Shown here one piece after another: positions 12,301 through 27,300 of a stretch of DNA of 64,000 bases. The stretch lies in the NCBI GenBank assembly GCA_965644315.1, contig CBFFRQ010000034.1, positions 175,492-239,491 of the forward strand, given 5' to 3'. The DNA is from Caecitellus pseudoparvulus. Its lineage: Eukaryota > Protista > Bigyra: Bicosoecida. The position numbers were made by a program, and so were the translations under genes. Each line of letters begins with the position of its first letter. The first letter of the stretch is position 1. Under the pieces are notes generated by a model. That model saw nothing but the letters and a program-made list of their open reading frames with translations, made no database searches and was not told where the DNA came from.

Positions 12301-15300
12301 CGTAACGAAGCGGAGTGTCTGCCATCAGCGAGCCGTGAGAGCCTCACGAATTCGTTGCGAAAACTGCAGCTGGGTGATGCTTGCAGCATTGTTAACTCGA
12401 CAGAACTCCTGTGGTCTGCTCAAGAATTTCCCACTGATTCCATGCAGTGTGAGGTTGTCTCGGGGGCGGCCATGAACGTGTCTCGAAGCTTCGACACGGT
12501 GCCCCCTTTTTCCGTACAGGCAGAAGTGTCAAAGGGCGCGGCGGAGTGTGGCGCTGTCAATGGCCATGGCGCATCTTGTGATGTTCAGAAAGTAGGGAAA
12601 CTATTAAGACTTGTGAACGGCCTCACATGTGCTTCTGCCTTCCCGGCAACTTTCCTGACAACGGCTGCCCTGTCCAAGGCTGCTGGCGCATCTTTGCACA
12701 TTTCTGCGGCACTTGCATCCCTTTTAGATTCACCACTTTCAGCATCCGCGTGCGTAGACGGCAGCTGCAAGAGCACCTTAGTTCGGGCTGCATTGCTGCT
12801 CTCTCGAGCTGAGGGTCACCTGCAGAGCGGGCAGGTGCACGCTGTAGCAGGTGTTTCGTGCGAGGCCGCATCGTTGGGGCAGAAGGTTGCCCGGCTTTCC
12901 ACATCAGAACAGCAAGCTAAAGTCCTGGTTGCCTTGCAGGCCCTCTCAGCACTCTCCCCCTGCTCTACTTCGCGGGTGTTGCCAGATGGGAAGGGACTGC
13001 CAGGTGGTGCAGCCTCAGTGGCCGCCGGCCTTCCCTCTTTGGAGAGCCTGAGCACGGCGCTATTTGCGACGCTAGCAGATCCGACGGCACCAACAAGTGC
13101 CATAAGCGCTCCTGATGTTGATGCCCAACTCAAGTCTTGGCTCACAGCGGCCCCGCCCCTTGTCAAGGCAAGCGCATGCTTGCTGCCTCTCGCAGCCTGG
13201 GCGGCCGATGCCATGGATGACCTGCCAGTGTCTCCGGGGCATCAGTCTCTATTGCGTCGGCAGGTGTCACAAGCTGTGGAGTCCGGCTCGGGACTGCCCG
13301 TGGCAGCCGAAGCCATTCAGTTGCTCATAACCTCCTGCTCCACGTGTGACCGCCCCACCCTTGAGATGGCATTGGATTTCTTGGTGCTCAGATGGTTTGC
13401 AGGGGTATCAGAGACTTTTCAAGCTGTGTCTGTAGCAATGGTGGATCACGTTGCTGTGTTGCCACTGGCATCTCGTGTTCGACAAGCTGCGCGAGCAACC
13501 ACCACCGTTGACCCCGCTGGCATCAGAGTTCGACCCGTCACAGCCTCGAGTCTCGCGGCTACATTGGACGATGCTTTGGGCATGGCACAGAGTTTGAATT
13601 CTTTCGCGAGAGGCACATTGCAGCTGCATGGTGGTGCGACATCACCCATGCTTGGAATCGCTGCAGCCGACGTTCACTTACTGCAGACCGTTGCAAGTAG
13701 CATAGCGCAAGTGAGCATGGCAAGTGAATCTGACTTGTTCGTCCCTTGGGCACACCTGCAGGCGCAACTAAGCGGGGTACAGTATGCAGTTGGGGTCAAT
13801 GTTTCCCAGCTTCTGCATATGTCGCTTGGAACTGCTCAGGCTGCAGGGCTGCTGACTGCCAGTCCATCCGCGTCCACCCCATCTCGAACTGTTGTTCTGC
13901 CTAAGCACTCCCATGGTCATTTACAGGGCAGCCTTGGCCCAGTCTTTGGTTTGCACGCGCCTTGCAACGGCTTTGTGTGCCCTTCAACCACTACGTTGCA
14001 TGTGATGTGCGTAGAGTGCGTCACACTTGGGGAGGTGTTCCGCTCTGTCCGTGGCGGTTCCCGTGAAATGCTGGCCACGGGCTCTGGTGCAGTTCTTGAG
14101 ACGGTGGAAATTTGTGTATCAGATTCGTGCCAAGTGTTTGATGTGTCAGTTGACCTGCGAAAGGGGCTGCTGCAGCAGGTGGCCCCTTTGCTGGGACTGG
14201 AAGTGTCCGTGGAACCCACAGGCCCCGGCTTCGGCCAGGCTCAGCCGTCATGGGCAGTGTCCCCCTCACTCCCGCAAGTGCCGTCCAACACGACAGCTGG
14301 GTTGCAGGCGATCCACGCTGCGGTTGCTAGCTACTCTTTGGGTCAAAAGGCACGCATCTTTCCTGCTATGCTCGCAGCTGCAAGGAGTGTGGACGCGTTC
14401 GCACTTGCCCCTGCCCGCGCGGTCGCTAGTGACTCTCTTTCATTCAGCACGTGTACCAGGCTGGCAAGCTTATGCACCGGAACCACAGCATGCCCAACAA
14501 CTTCAAATGTAGCTGCCTGGGTGCTGCAAGCCGGTGAGCTGGTAGCAGCAACGAAAGTCTCTGGAGCGGTCGCTGCAACTTGGGCAGGAGACCCTGTTGC
14601 CCTCCCAAATGCGGTGTACGAAGCCCTCACCTCAGAATTGGATGAACAGTCTTGGTCTGTCCACGGCATGTTGGTCCTGGCTGAGTCCATTCTGAATGCG
14701 CTACAGGGAGTGGCGTTCAACTCTGAAGCTGAGCAGGTGCAACAGCCGTTGGTGACCCTTGTGACTGCGTTGGAAACCCTGCAGTCCCACTCCAAGTCGC
14801 TTCTTGCATTACCCGTGTCCTATGTCCAGACCTTGGGAGCTGCACACACACAGTTGTGCAGCCGAGTTTTCGAACCTACCGCCAATCCGGCCCACGCTGA
14901 TTTGCCTTCCATGTGTCGCGACACAGCCTTCCTTGTCGCTGCCTTGCAACAACTTCCCTTGTCTATGTCTGTGGCAGTTGCCACCGCCGCCCGTTCGGCG
15001 TTGCACCAAACCCCTTTCTCCAGAACTGCTTTCCAAGCTGCAGTGCGATCTACATGGTCTGCCTTGCCGGTCAAGGGTGCGGTTTCCATTGAGGCTATTC
15101 TTCCCCCGGCAGAGCCCCTGCACAGACTTGCTGGGCTGCAAGCCTTTGCTGCGCCATCGAGCGAGCTGTGTGGCCTGGCGACCGTAGCATCACAACACAT
15201 GGTCATTGACTCGGACGAGATGGCTGCAGTGTCAGCCCTCCAAGGGTCTGTCTGGAAGCAAGCCAGGTGTGTTGACCAGTGGGGCACTGCCGCGCCAGTG

Positions 15301-18300
15301 CTGGCTGCACAGGTACACCAGGGCATCCGCATCATGTCAGCATTCCTTGCCGACCAGCAGGCATCGGCGTCGATCGTCCTGGCTAGCCACGGCATCCCAT
15401 GCCCGCAGTGCCTGCCTGCACCTGTACTTCGGCAACAATTAGTTTCCGCTCTGTCTTCGGCTGGTACGCCGTCTTCCAGTGCATCCGCCGGCGCGTGGGT
15501 CCTTGTCACTGCGTTGGCCCAAGCGCATGAACGAGCGGCAGGTGGGCACGCAGCTTCTATGGATATCTTGCGCCAGTCCTTTGCGAGCCTGCAGGGGGGC
15601 GGTTCCATGCAGCCTGCTGGAGACAGTCCTGTGCTGGATCAGGTGCAGCAACTACTGGAAGAGCTTTCTGGCGCTGCTGCTCAGACTGAAACAGCACTGG
15701 TGTCATCAGTGTCTGAGGCTACGTCACTGCTTCACGCGCGCCTCGGTATTTCTTTGGTATCCTCTGTGAGATCTGCTTGTGATGGGCTGCTGTCGGCCAG
15801 CGACAACACAACGGAGTTGCCCCAGCCTGTCATTGATGCGGCAGCTCGGTGTACTCGGGCGTTGACTAAAAACACAAGCCTTAGCCTTGTGTCAGCCTTG
15901 GCTGCATTTGCTCCTACTGTGCTGAACCTGCCCGCGCAAGGCTTTGCCAGTGGCACAAATGCCGAACAGGAAGCAGCTGCCTTGCTACTCATGGGCGCAT
16001 CGACGGCAGTGGTTCCAAACGCCGACCTTGCCATGGCAGCCATCCAAACTGCAGCCAGCACGTTCAGCTCGCTGCAGACGGCACAGCAGGACCTGCTCCT
16101 AGCGCACACATTGAAGGATGCCTTGTCTGATCACCAGGAAACCCAGGAACTCTCTCTGCTGCTGGCCCAAACGCTCGCGTCGTTGGCACAGCAGCATGCA
16201 GAGCAGGCGGTTTCCCTTGAAGCTAATGCTGCGTCTTTCTTGAATGCCACAGCAGAGCAGGCAGCTGCTTTGAACTCCCTGTGTGTGTCTGGCCCACTTG
16301 AGTGCAGCATTTGTGAGACTACTCATGCTCTCGCGGAATCGCTGCAGACAGCAATTGAGCGGGGTGCAGCAGGCTTCAGCCTGGTGCGCGAAGCAGAATC
16401 CGTCATGAATGCCTCCCGCCGTTGCAGGATGCAGCTGGAGGCCTCGTCTGTTCACACTGCTGCGGCTTCACTCCACTTCAGAAGCTCTCAGGCGGCAGCG
16501 TTGTTGGCACGGCAGCTACACTCTCAAAACCTAGGCTCAGTATCGCGTGAGGCAGTTTGGAAAAGGTCTGCTCTCAACTTTAACAGGGACGTCGGGTCGT
16601 GCAGTGCACTTGCAGAACTGGGCAACCTCGTGGCTCATGGCACTACTTCAGCATACCCTGCGTTGTTGGATGCACTCGCAAGACTGCCTTCCTCTACTGA
16701 GATCTGCTCCCAACCTTGCACGTGGACTCTCTCCAGTGCCCAACTTGCGGGAGCCAGTGCCACGGCGGGCACCCTTGCAAGCCAGATCTTCTCGCTATGG
16801 GCAAAGGGCACACTTCACGGTCGTCAAGGCATGGGGTCCAGCGCCAGCCTCGCGATGTCAGAAGTTGATTTAGACCTTGTGCATGGCTTGTCCGGATGCG
16901 ACGACTTGACAGCTGATGCTGGACTCATCAGCCTTGTGGCAAGCTCAGGTGCATACCCTGACCGTGACGGCATTCGCGATGCTCTTGCAGCGGTGGGCGC
17001 GGGCATTGTGCTGCACCATGCTGGAGAATCGCTCCGCGTCACCCAGGCGTTGGCCGGAGCTGTGGCGCGACATGCACATCAGGCCTCGTCTGTTGACCTT
17101 CTTGAGACATCCGCGACCACCTCCCCAGCCAGCAGAATCACGGTCCTGACAACGTTGCTTGCGGCAAGCGTCCCAGCCCCTGTCGACGCCGTGGCCGCAC
17201 CCCAAGCCAAGGCTCTCCTGTTATTCGGGGGTGCGCTGCACTCTGCTGCACAGCAAGCGCCGGAAAGCACGCCGGCTCGCAGCAGACTCACAAGTGCGAG
17301 TGAAAGTCTTCGTTTGGTGGCAGAAACGGTCGGTCGCACTGTAGTTCCACTGGCTTGGATGCCTGAGAGCCGACTGCGCCGTCTTGCTGGGGCAACTGAT
17401 GCTGCCCAGCGCTCCATTCAAAGCGTGAGACCGCTTGCAAGGGGGCTTGGCATAGGTGCAGAGCAGTTTGACCAGGTTGAACTTGAACTGCAGGCTTTAC
17501 GTATCGGAGCACTTACAAGCCAAATACTAGGCAGGGCTGGGACCATCACGTCCAACGTACTCCCAGCGTCACTTGCGTTGAGCTCCGTTGCCTCTGGCCT
17601 CCAAAGTCTAAAACGTCGACAAGACAGCACTTCTGAGCGCCTTGCAGCTTGGAATGCTGCATTGGACGGTGCAGCGGGTACCCTTGTGGGTACCATTGAG
17701 TCTGCTTCCGCTGACAGCATGGCCTCTTCGCCAGGGTTAGACCTTGAGGCACTGGAGCTCGCAGCTCGAGCAGCAGCTGGCACACCCGGGGTGAGTGCTG
17801 GAGACCAACGACAGCTGCGAGGCTTCGCAGACCGCATCGTGGACTTGCAGAGCCTCCTGGACAGCGATGGCTCGTTGGCTTTGTCACCTGAAGAATCGAA
17901 AGTGCTTCTAGCTGCCGCTCATGAAGACTTGGCGGCACTGATGGATAGCGTGTTGGAGCTGTCGGCTGGCCACACCGCGCTCCTGCCAGTTCTCCTTGGT
18001 CAACTTGCCTCGCTCAAGGCATCACCTGCATTCCAGCCAAGCTCCCGTACCGCTGCTGTGCTGCGCGTCGTACTGTCTATGAAGGAAGCCTCGGAGGACA
18101 TGGTGCAAGTTGGCAGGCTAGGGTCTATTGGCGCTCCTGTGAGCACGCAGCTGGCAGCAGGCAAGTCTGCCGTGAAGCGCGTTCTCTCGGACAACGCCAA
18201 CGCAACCCGTGTACTGAAAACTGACCTGGTCAAAGTGCTGGATGCTCTCATTCAGAGCATTGATGAGCGGCTTCCTCCTCCTGGGCCCCTTCTGCGAGTG

Positions 18301-21300
18301 GCCGATGCTGTCCTGGTCACTGAACCCACACTTACGTTGCTTGGTCAGGCTCTGGGTGGCTCTCTCCCATCCCTGCAAACCAGTGTTGCGACGTGGACTG
18401 GCTCCCTGAACGGAATTGGGGCAGCTGCCGACGCTGCCATTGCCCGGGTGGTCGACGAAGCCCAGGGCTATCTGGACATGGCAGGCCAGGTTCTAGACGT
18501 GTTGGATAGTTCCCAGGAAATTGAAGACTTCCTTACCCAAAAGGTCATGCTGCAGATCAACCGCATGGTGGACAATGTTGGAGACCTGCTTGCAAACGCC
18601 GCAGAGGACCTGAGGGTTGTGCTGCAAGAGCTGGCGGCGAGGTTGGTGGAAGAAGTGGACGGTGTAGTGGACCAGGGCATGCAGCAGCTCCGCAGTTTAT
18701 CGGGCCAGTTGCTGCAGCGCTTGGATGTGCTTGTGAGCGGCAGCCCCACCATGCAGAAAGTGGAACATGTTGTTGGCGTAGTGGCAAATGTGACAGACAA
18801 GATCGCCAGCAAGGCGTCACCAATCATCAAGACTGTGACCAAAGTCGGCCGCACTGTGCTCAGCATGGGACAGACCACCCCTGGCCCCATCGGAAGCATC
18901 ATGAGGGGCGGAGGCGGCGCGCTGTTCAAAGTCGGCACCGCGGCCCAGAACGTGGTGTCCTTTGCCCTGAAGATTCAGACTGTGGCCCAAAAGATCGTGA
19001 GCTCTGGGGGGCTTGTCGGTGCTCTTGGGGACATTGTGACCCTGCTGTTGGAGAAACTTGATGGCCTATTGAGCAGTTGGACGTCCATCCTTCGCAGTAG
19101 AGCTGATGAGTTTGCTAACTTCGTCCCAGATACGCTGCTTCGCCTGGTGGATGGCGGCAAGGCCTTGGCTAGTCAACTGGCAGAGAAAGTCATTCGCTCC
19201 ATTTTGTCTGGGTTCAGCAGCGTATTCAGTCTTGTTGCCAACGCTGCGCAAACGCTACAGCGCATCCGTGCTGGGGCTGACAGTGCGATAGAGTTTATCG
19301 CTTCCAGGGCTGTCGTGAAGTCCACCTTGGTCGACGTGGGTGACGCTGTCGTTGCCTTGGCTGGACTTCCCACTGAGCTCGCGGACGAAGCTGCGTCTGC
19401 AGCGCCACTCTTTGCGACAACGAAGGCTCTCAAGGCTGGTTTGGCCTCGTCAAGCGACAGCGTGGCTGCGCTCCGTGCACTGCGCCAGCGTTTGCCTGCG
19501 CTCGTGGCTTCCTTCGACTTGCAGGAGTGTGTCCCCGGCTCTCCGTGCATCCGCGACCTTCTGAAAGACACCTTGCAAACTGTCTTGGTCGAATCTCGAG
19601 CACTGCAAGAAGGCGTCCGAGCAGTGGGCACATTCAAGGCGCACATGGATTCTTCAGGATCTGGCCTTTTGTCCAGCCTCAACCGGGCGACGTCGTTGAT
19701 TTCAGCGGCCAAGGAGCCAGTGCAATCAGCACTTGCTCTGTTCACACTCCAAGGCCCGGGTAGCGGTGCTCGGGCACTGGCAAGCGGAAACTTCCTGGCC
19801 GTCGTCTCAGGTGCTGCTCTTGACTTCGCTGATACTATTGTTGGTGGGATTCGCCGAGCAGCTGACTTCGTGCAAGGAGTGGCCGGATTCCTTGGCACAA
19901 TCTCAAGAGGCGTTCGCTCTGCTGTGGCCGCCATCCAAGCGTTTAACCCTGGTCAGTGGGTGGCGGACAGGATTCAAGAAGTCGCAGCCTTTGTTCTGTC
20001 CCCATTGCGAATGGCGTTGGAATTCTTCGTTACATTCCGCACAACTGTCGTTGACTCGCTCAACAGTGTCGTCTCCTACATCCGCGGCACAGCTGAGAAG
20101 CTCGTGCTCCTGGCCAGGGATCAGTTCGTGAAAGTACCACAGCTGGCCTTGGATGTACTGCATGGCGTTCAAGATGTAGTGAACGACATTTCCCCTGCCC
20201 GTGACACTGTGGAGGACATCGCTGACGGCATAGCAGACTTTGCAGAGCAATCCCGGCGGGTGCTGGGGCGTGGGACGCCGAACGGTGTTATTGATCCTGC
20301 TGATCTGAAGCCGCCCTGTGATGCAGGGGACCCGTGTGTCCACGTAGTTCCTCGTCGCTCAGCTGTGTTCACGTCACTCATGGCCCTCAAGTACACCCAT
20401 TTTTGGTACCAAACTTTCCCACCCGCATTCGGATCATGCCAGATCAGAGGGTACCCTTGCCGGGGTGACAACTGGCACGTGACTCTCCCTGGGCTGGTTG
20501 AGGATTGGATGCCGCAGGGGGTTGAGGCCCTCGACTACCGCCGACTGGCAGTCAGTATGCACGGGACAGGCAAGAACGCTGCCACGCCAAGCATTATCGT
20601 CGTCATGAACGACGACGAAGTGATCTTGAAGACATTCTCCCTGCAGCTGCCTGACGGCACGCCGTACTTCGGCTCTGTGGCAGACCTGGCCCTGGACCGC
20701 GATCACGGCCTGCTGTGGGTGTGCTCTGATGCTGTCAACGAGACAGCAATCGATCACGTGCAAGACAGCATCCCAGCAAGTGCCCGGCAAAACCACATCA
20801 TGGCCTTCGATTGGAAAGTTGCGGAGCAGCTCTTGTCAAACTCCGACCCTGTGGTCGAACTCATGGCAGCGCATGGCCCGTTCGAAGTTGATGTACAGGC
20901 GAATGCTCTTTTCTATGATCGCACAGCCTTCGGCTTCCACGGAACGCTGTGGGTGGGCGAGTATTATGAACCAGGCGATCCCGCATCCCCAGCGGAAGAA
21001 CCAGGGGAGAGTCAGACAAGCCCACAGGTCGGTGGCTTTTTGAACAAACTTTCAGGATGGCTGCCTCCTGCTGGGGCAGGTGGGCCTGCCTCTACTGACG
21101 AGCCTCTGGCAAGGTCCACGCCCTCGACTCCCCTGATGTACTCCTACTCTCGCCGTGTGGCGGAGCACCACACTGTGGACGGCGAGTACAGTGCGGATTT
21201 CTGTGCACAGGGTCCCTACGGGCCATTTTCCGTCGGCGCAGAAGACGCTGATGAAGCTGAAGGAGATCGGCACAACGCCTGGCTGCAGTGCAACATGGGG

Positions 21301-24300
21301 TGGACTGTGGGCTTTGCGCTGGGTTTCGATGGATTGCCAAGAGCTGCCACACTTGGACTCACCTACGAGGTGGACGGCCAAGTCGTCTTGGCCCCGAACC
21401 TTATCGTTCAATCTGGAGCTCGGGCGAAGGGTGTGATGCTGTTCAAGCAGCTTGGCTTCGTGAACATGGCGCTGACTCGCTGCACATACACCCGTGCGGG
21501 CTCACACTGCACCCTGGATTTCCACCAGCTCTTGCCATCAGACATGAGTTCAGATCTATCTCTTCCAGACCCCAGTGTTCTCAGCCGTATGAAGACGAAG
21601 GCTGAGCTTGAGGATTTCCCGGTGGGGCAGTGGGTGCTCCGCAGCGGCAAAGCGCCTGCTTCCCTGCGAAAGCGGCGCGGGCAGGACTCCAGTGCGGGCC
21701 AGAACCAAGAAGACGACGGCGCGTCTTTGGGCACAGCTACGCTGAAAATGCGTGTCCCAGCAGGTGTCGAGTCTCTTGCCCTGTACGATGGTACTGATGT
21801 GACGTTCGCCGCAATGGTCACGTCTACGGGTGCGAACGCCAACTTTGACCAGGTGCAACGCATTGGAGCATTGACTGATGACACGGTGTACAAGTTCCTC
21901 TTGCCCACTGTACGCAACGTAAACCCTCAGTTTACCGAAAATGTGCTGTATCTGAAGGTGCGCCAGCCTACTCCGCCGTTCTCCCTGCATTCGTACGTTG
22001 GCCCTCGATGCCTACTGCCGATCGAAGGTGATCCGCTCTGTGAAACGCGCCGGAGCTTGGGCAGTGTGGGAGCAGAGGTGGAAGATGCAGCAGAGCCCAT
22101 AACGTTGGATGAGCTTGCACGTGATGCAGCTCATGGCCGGTCTCTGACGCAAGCGGCTGGGCTTGCCGCGCACCAGCTGCCCCGAGCTGCAGTGACGATT
22201 CGCACAGTAGATGGTCGCAAGCTACGTGTGCGAAATGCGCATTTGTCCACGCCAAGCCTTGTCGTTCACCACTCTTCCCGGCGATCTGGAGTTCGCGTTG
22301 CAGACACGCACCAGGTCGTTCGTCGCGGCTCCTCGCGTGTCCTGCAAGCTGTCGGCGCGCGTGATCCGAAGTTTGATTCTGCCATCAGTGCAAAGAACAC
22401 TCTAATGTCCCAGAGTTTTGTGTTCTTTAAACTAAGGTTCCCTCTTGGCCCTCCAATTGTGCCGTTGTTCCTGTCCATCTCAGCAGGAGTGGATGTCCAG
22501 GTGGATCTGGATGTGTCACTGTTGCTTAAGGAGAAGCTCCTCGCTGTATCACTCATCCCGTCTGCGACTCCATACTTTGCGGCTGGCATTGAGATTGACT
22601 TTGGTATTGGGGTGGCAGGAGTGCAGGCGCGGGTGAGGCTGTTTTCCCTCGCAGTGGTGCCAACAGCTTCGCTGCAGATCAACCCAGCAGGGAAGGTCGA
22701 CCTTTGTCTGCAGATGGATCTGGCCCTGCAGTATCCCAGCATTGCGGTCGAGTTTTACTATGCGTTCAGATTGTGCATTCGTTGCTACTGCTGCCGCAAG
22801 ATCAAGTTGGGCCGGTGGTTCTCCATCCGGGTACCATACTGCCGCATCGTAAAGTGCAAGGAGCACCGGTTCACAATTGCAAAGTACAAGCCCTTCGGTG
22901 ATGATTGGCACGTCATTCCTCTCTTCAAAGTGTGTCGCCTTCCTCCAGACTCAACAGCCGCTCTAACGAGCACGGCTGTCGTGGACGTCGAGCAGCAAGA
23001 CGCAGTGACAGTGAAGACAGAGTGGGGAGGCTTCGTGGACCAGGAGAGCTATGTTCGAGAGTTTTCAGTGGCCCTTGGCACTGCTCCCATGCGCGAGGAT
23101 ATTGGCGAGTACTACACGGGTATGGACTTTTCTTCCTTCACGTTTAGTTCCGTCGACTGCCCAGGCGAGTCACGCCCGGCATTCGCGTCCGTGTTTGCAA
23201 CCAACACTGCAGGTTTGCGTTCCGGCACTACGACGCGATTCTCCTGCGATCGAACTGGACCTGAGGTGCGAGATTTGGAAGTGTGGGACACGGGCGCACA
23301 AGCTTACATCCGGTATGGCGACTTCCAGGTCACGAATGCCACGGAGGTTCTTCTCGTGCGGTTCAAGGTGCAAGAGCTTGCAGAAGGAAGCCGCATAGCT
23401 TTGGTCGAGTTCGCAGTCGGTTCGGGCCCAGGGAAGGATGATGTGCTCCCGTGGTCTGATGTTGGATATGCTGACTTCATGGAGGAGAAATCACCTGCCT
23501 GGTACTACGCTGAAGCGGGCGGCTTGGACTTGCAACATGGCAAGTATTACTGGGTAAACATCCGCACAGCCAACCACATTGGCTTGCGGGGGTGGTACAC
23601 CAGCCACCCCATCTTTATTGACACGACTGGCTCCTGGGCGGGCTTCATCAGTGAGAGTGGGGGTAAGTTTGGATGGGGTGTGGAGGAAGATGTTTCGCAC
23701 TGGCCGTCGGCTGAGCGCCTCAGCATCTCGTTTGGCCCTTTTGATGATGCGGAGGGAACGCCAACAGAGCACTTCTGGGTGAATGTGCAGGAGGTGCAAA
23801 CAGGCCGGATGATGCTCCCAGGCTCTGGTGAGGGAAACAGCGAGCATGCCTACATTGGCAGTGCACGGGCTTGGGAAACTGCCCTGCCTCCCAGCCTGCA
23901 CCTTCGAGATGGACTGTCGTATAGGTGGAGCATCATCTCTCAGAACGCTGCTGGGGCGGTTCGTGAGAGCTTCTCAAACGGCTTTGTTGTAGACTCATCG
24001 CCCCCGGAGGTGAAGTCGCTGCGCCTTTCGTCACGCCAAGTGAATGTGGATTACAACCGTGTTGAGCGCCAGCCCTCCACGTCACCTGGAGACCTTCCCC
24101 AGCCTGCCTTGCTTGCAACGCAAGTGGCACGGACGACGACCGCATTCATCTCAGACATTGACTTGCTGCACATTATGTGGCAGTCATGGGATGCCGAGAG
24201 CGGCGTGGACAGCATCGTGATAGGCTTCGGCACGTCCCCAGGTGGCACCGATTTGGTGGACTGGACGCCACTGCCTCAAGCGTTGCAGCAGGAGTCCGTC

Positions 24301-27300
24301 CTGCGCAACGTCGACTGGCCGGCCCACACCACTGGATTTGTCACTCTTAGAGTTGCCAATAAAGCACGTGGTGAACGCTGGCAAGTGCATGACGGTACCA
24401 TGTACGACCCCTCCGGGCCCCAGGCTGACGGGCAGCACCGATTCTTCTCTTGTGGAGTGCAGGCATCTGGGTGCTCCCTGGCCACTGCGATTCGAGCGCA
24501 GCAGTCGACAACTTCCCTGCGATCTAGCTGGGAAAGTGGTTTCTTTGAACCACACTCGGAGGTCGCGCACGTGGATGTGTTCCTCGGGTCCAAGCCCTTT
24601 GATGAGTCGCTGCAAGCTTGCGCAGATGTCGTGGCATTCGAGCGTGGAGACCTGCCCTCCGCCCTGCTGGCGCGGGATCCTCACCGCTTGAACCTTATCA
24701 CGCAGCTCTCCGACAGCGGTGCCTGTGCTGGGGTGGAGAATATTGCGTCGTTCTTCGACGTTGCGGGCCCTGTGAGGCTGCACGCAACAGTGCAGCAGCG
24801 AACGTGGGGAGACCTTCCACATGCGCTTGCCCATGGATCCACATACTTCACCACGATCAAAGCCACGAATGTGGCTGGTGTGTCAACATGGAGGTCAACG
24901 ACGGGGGTTGTTATCGATACCACCGCCCCAGACATGGGAGCAGTCGTCGATGGCGCTCCTGCGTCTCCGGGTCTGGCTGCACTGACTGGAAACGCGACAC
25001 TCGCGAATGAAAGGGTGCAGGGGCAGTCCACACTGTATGCTGGCTCGTGGGAACCCGCGGCCGATGCCGAATCGGATGTCGTGTCATACTCAGTGTGGGT
25101 TTCTGATGTGGCGTCGGGTCAAGCTGTTTCTGAGGTTTTCACCATCCCAGCCGTCCGACGGCAAGCCCTGTACTCTGCCTTGATTCCAGCTACGCTGGAG
25201 CATGGCAAGCGCTATTCGTTCCATGTTGAAGCGAGGAACGGTGCAGGCGCGCTGAGTAGCAGCGTGTCCGATGGTGTGTTGGTCGATGTGACACCGCCGC
25301 AGGTGTCCGATCTCATCATGGCGACGAACAGCAGCCTTGGTGCTGGTGTCATCGGAAGCTCATCAGACGTGGCTGTGTTTTCTTGGCACGTGGCAGAGCC
25401 CGAATCTGGCAACTTGCTTTGCCAGCTGTCACTTGGATCTTACGCCGGTGGCACAGACATTGTCAACCGTGCTCTCATCCCCGCCGGGCAGTTCACCACT
25501 TCATCAGGGGCGACTTCATGGCTACATGAACCATCCCCTGGTCCAGTCGTGGTCACAGATGTGAAGAACACAGGGCTTGACTTGGAATCTGGTGCGAGCG
25601 TGGCAGCTTCCCAACGTTCAGGCCCGAAGCACGAAGCCAGGCACTGGGTGTCTCTTGCTGGTCACAATCTACCTGGTGCAGGGCGCGTGCATGCGCAAGT
25701 GGTGTGCTACAATGAGGCATTGCAGAGGACTGCAACGCACTTGTCCACAACGCTCCTCATTGACACCCGCCCCCCCCTGCCAGGCATTGTGACGGACGGC
25801 ATGCCTGGCACCGCAGACGCTGTCGCACAGAGCATGACGGAGGTGCTGGTCATCAGCTGGGCCAACTTCCTGGACTTGGAGAGTTCCATCGTGGACTTCC
25901 GTGTCTGCGCTGCCACCGCCGCGGACGGCCCCTGTGACGTCGTGCCCGACCACAGTGTCGGGCTGCTAGAGTGGACGGTGCTGGACCTGCAAGACGACCC
26001 GCTCACTCCACAGCAGACATACTTCACGCGTGTCACTGCCGTGGACGAGGCAGGCCAGGCCACCAGTGTCTGGAGCAACGGTATTTTCATCGACGACACG
26101 GGGCCTGTGGATGGCGCTGCCTGGGCCCGTCTGGGTCTGGCAGGTGCCGCACCAGCCTCAGGCACCTTCATCTCCAGCACGTCCACCTTCACCCTGCACT
26201 GGGCGGGCTTCGCGGACAACCAGACTGGCATTGTGCGGTACGATGTGGGGCTGGGCTCCACGCCAGAAGCAGCTGACATCGTGTTCTTCACACGCGGCAC
26301 GCTTTCCACCCAGGCCGCCATGGTGGGGCTGGATCTGGCGCATGGGCAGACAGTGTACGGACTGGTGCGAGCCGTTAACGGCATCGGCATGTCCCACGCA
26401 GTATCCACCGTGCCGGTGAGTGTGGACACCACGCCCCCCTCGTGTTTCGCATGGGACGGCCCTGTGAAGGGCGTTGACGAGGACTTCACCTCTTCCTTCC
26501 TGCCCTGGTTGCAGTGGTCGGCTACCGACCCCGAGTCCGGCGTCGCGCGTGTGCAGTACGGCATCGGGCGACTGCAAGGGGCAGATGACTTCCTGCCTCT
26601 GCAAGACGCTCCCGCCAGTGCTCGGGAAGCTGCCCACTTCATGGAGCAGGGGGTGCTGCTGCCCTCTGGTGAGAAGCTGTACACGGTGATCGTTGTCACG
26701 AATGGTGCGGGCAGCGTCGGCGTCTGCACCTCAGACGGCGTCATCGTGGACTCGACGCCCCCCCTGTCGCTGTTCGAGCCACAGGATGGAGCAGGGGCTG
26801 AGGATGTGCAGTTCACCTCCAACGCCACCCATCTGACTGCCACGGCGTCCTTTGTGGACGGTGAAACAAGCATCGATGAAGTGCTCATGCGGCCCGTGCT
26901 CGTCCCAGCTTCAGGAGCACCTGAACCAGTCGGGCAATGGCTTCCTGCAGTGCTCCTGGGGAACTATGTGCTGGCCACATTGGTGCCTGGAGGCCTCACC
27001 GACGCCACCAAGTACGCGATGCAGGTGAAGGCCATCAACTCCGCGGGGCTTGCCACTCAAGTCATGTCTGATGGTGTGACTGTGGATTCCACGCCACCAA
27101 TCTGCACCTCAGTGCAGCTAACTGACTCGTCCAATGCCGCATGGGTGACTCAGCAGGGATTCCAACAGTTCTGTTGGTCGTGCACAGAGGACGTGTCGGA
27201 GATTGAGTCGCAGCGTTTTTGGCTCGAGCGCCGGACTGGAGACGCTTGGGAGGTCGAGTCCCGGACTTTCCCAGCCGGACAGGTCTCCTGTGCCGCCTTA

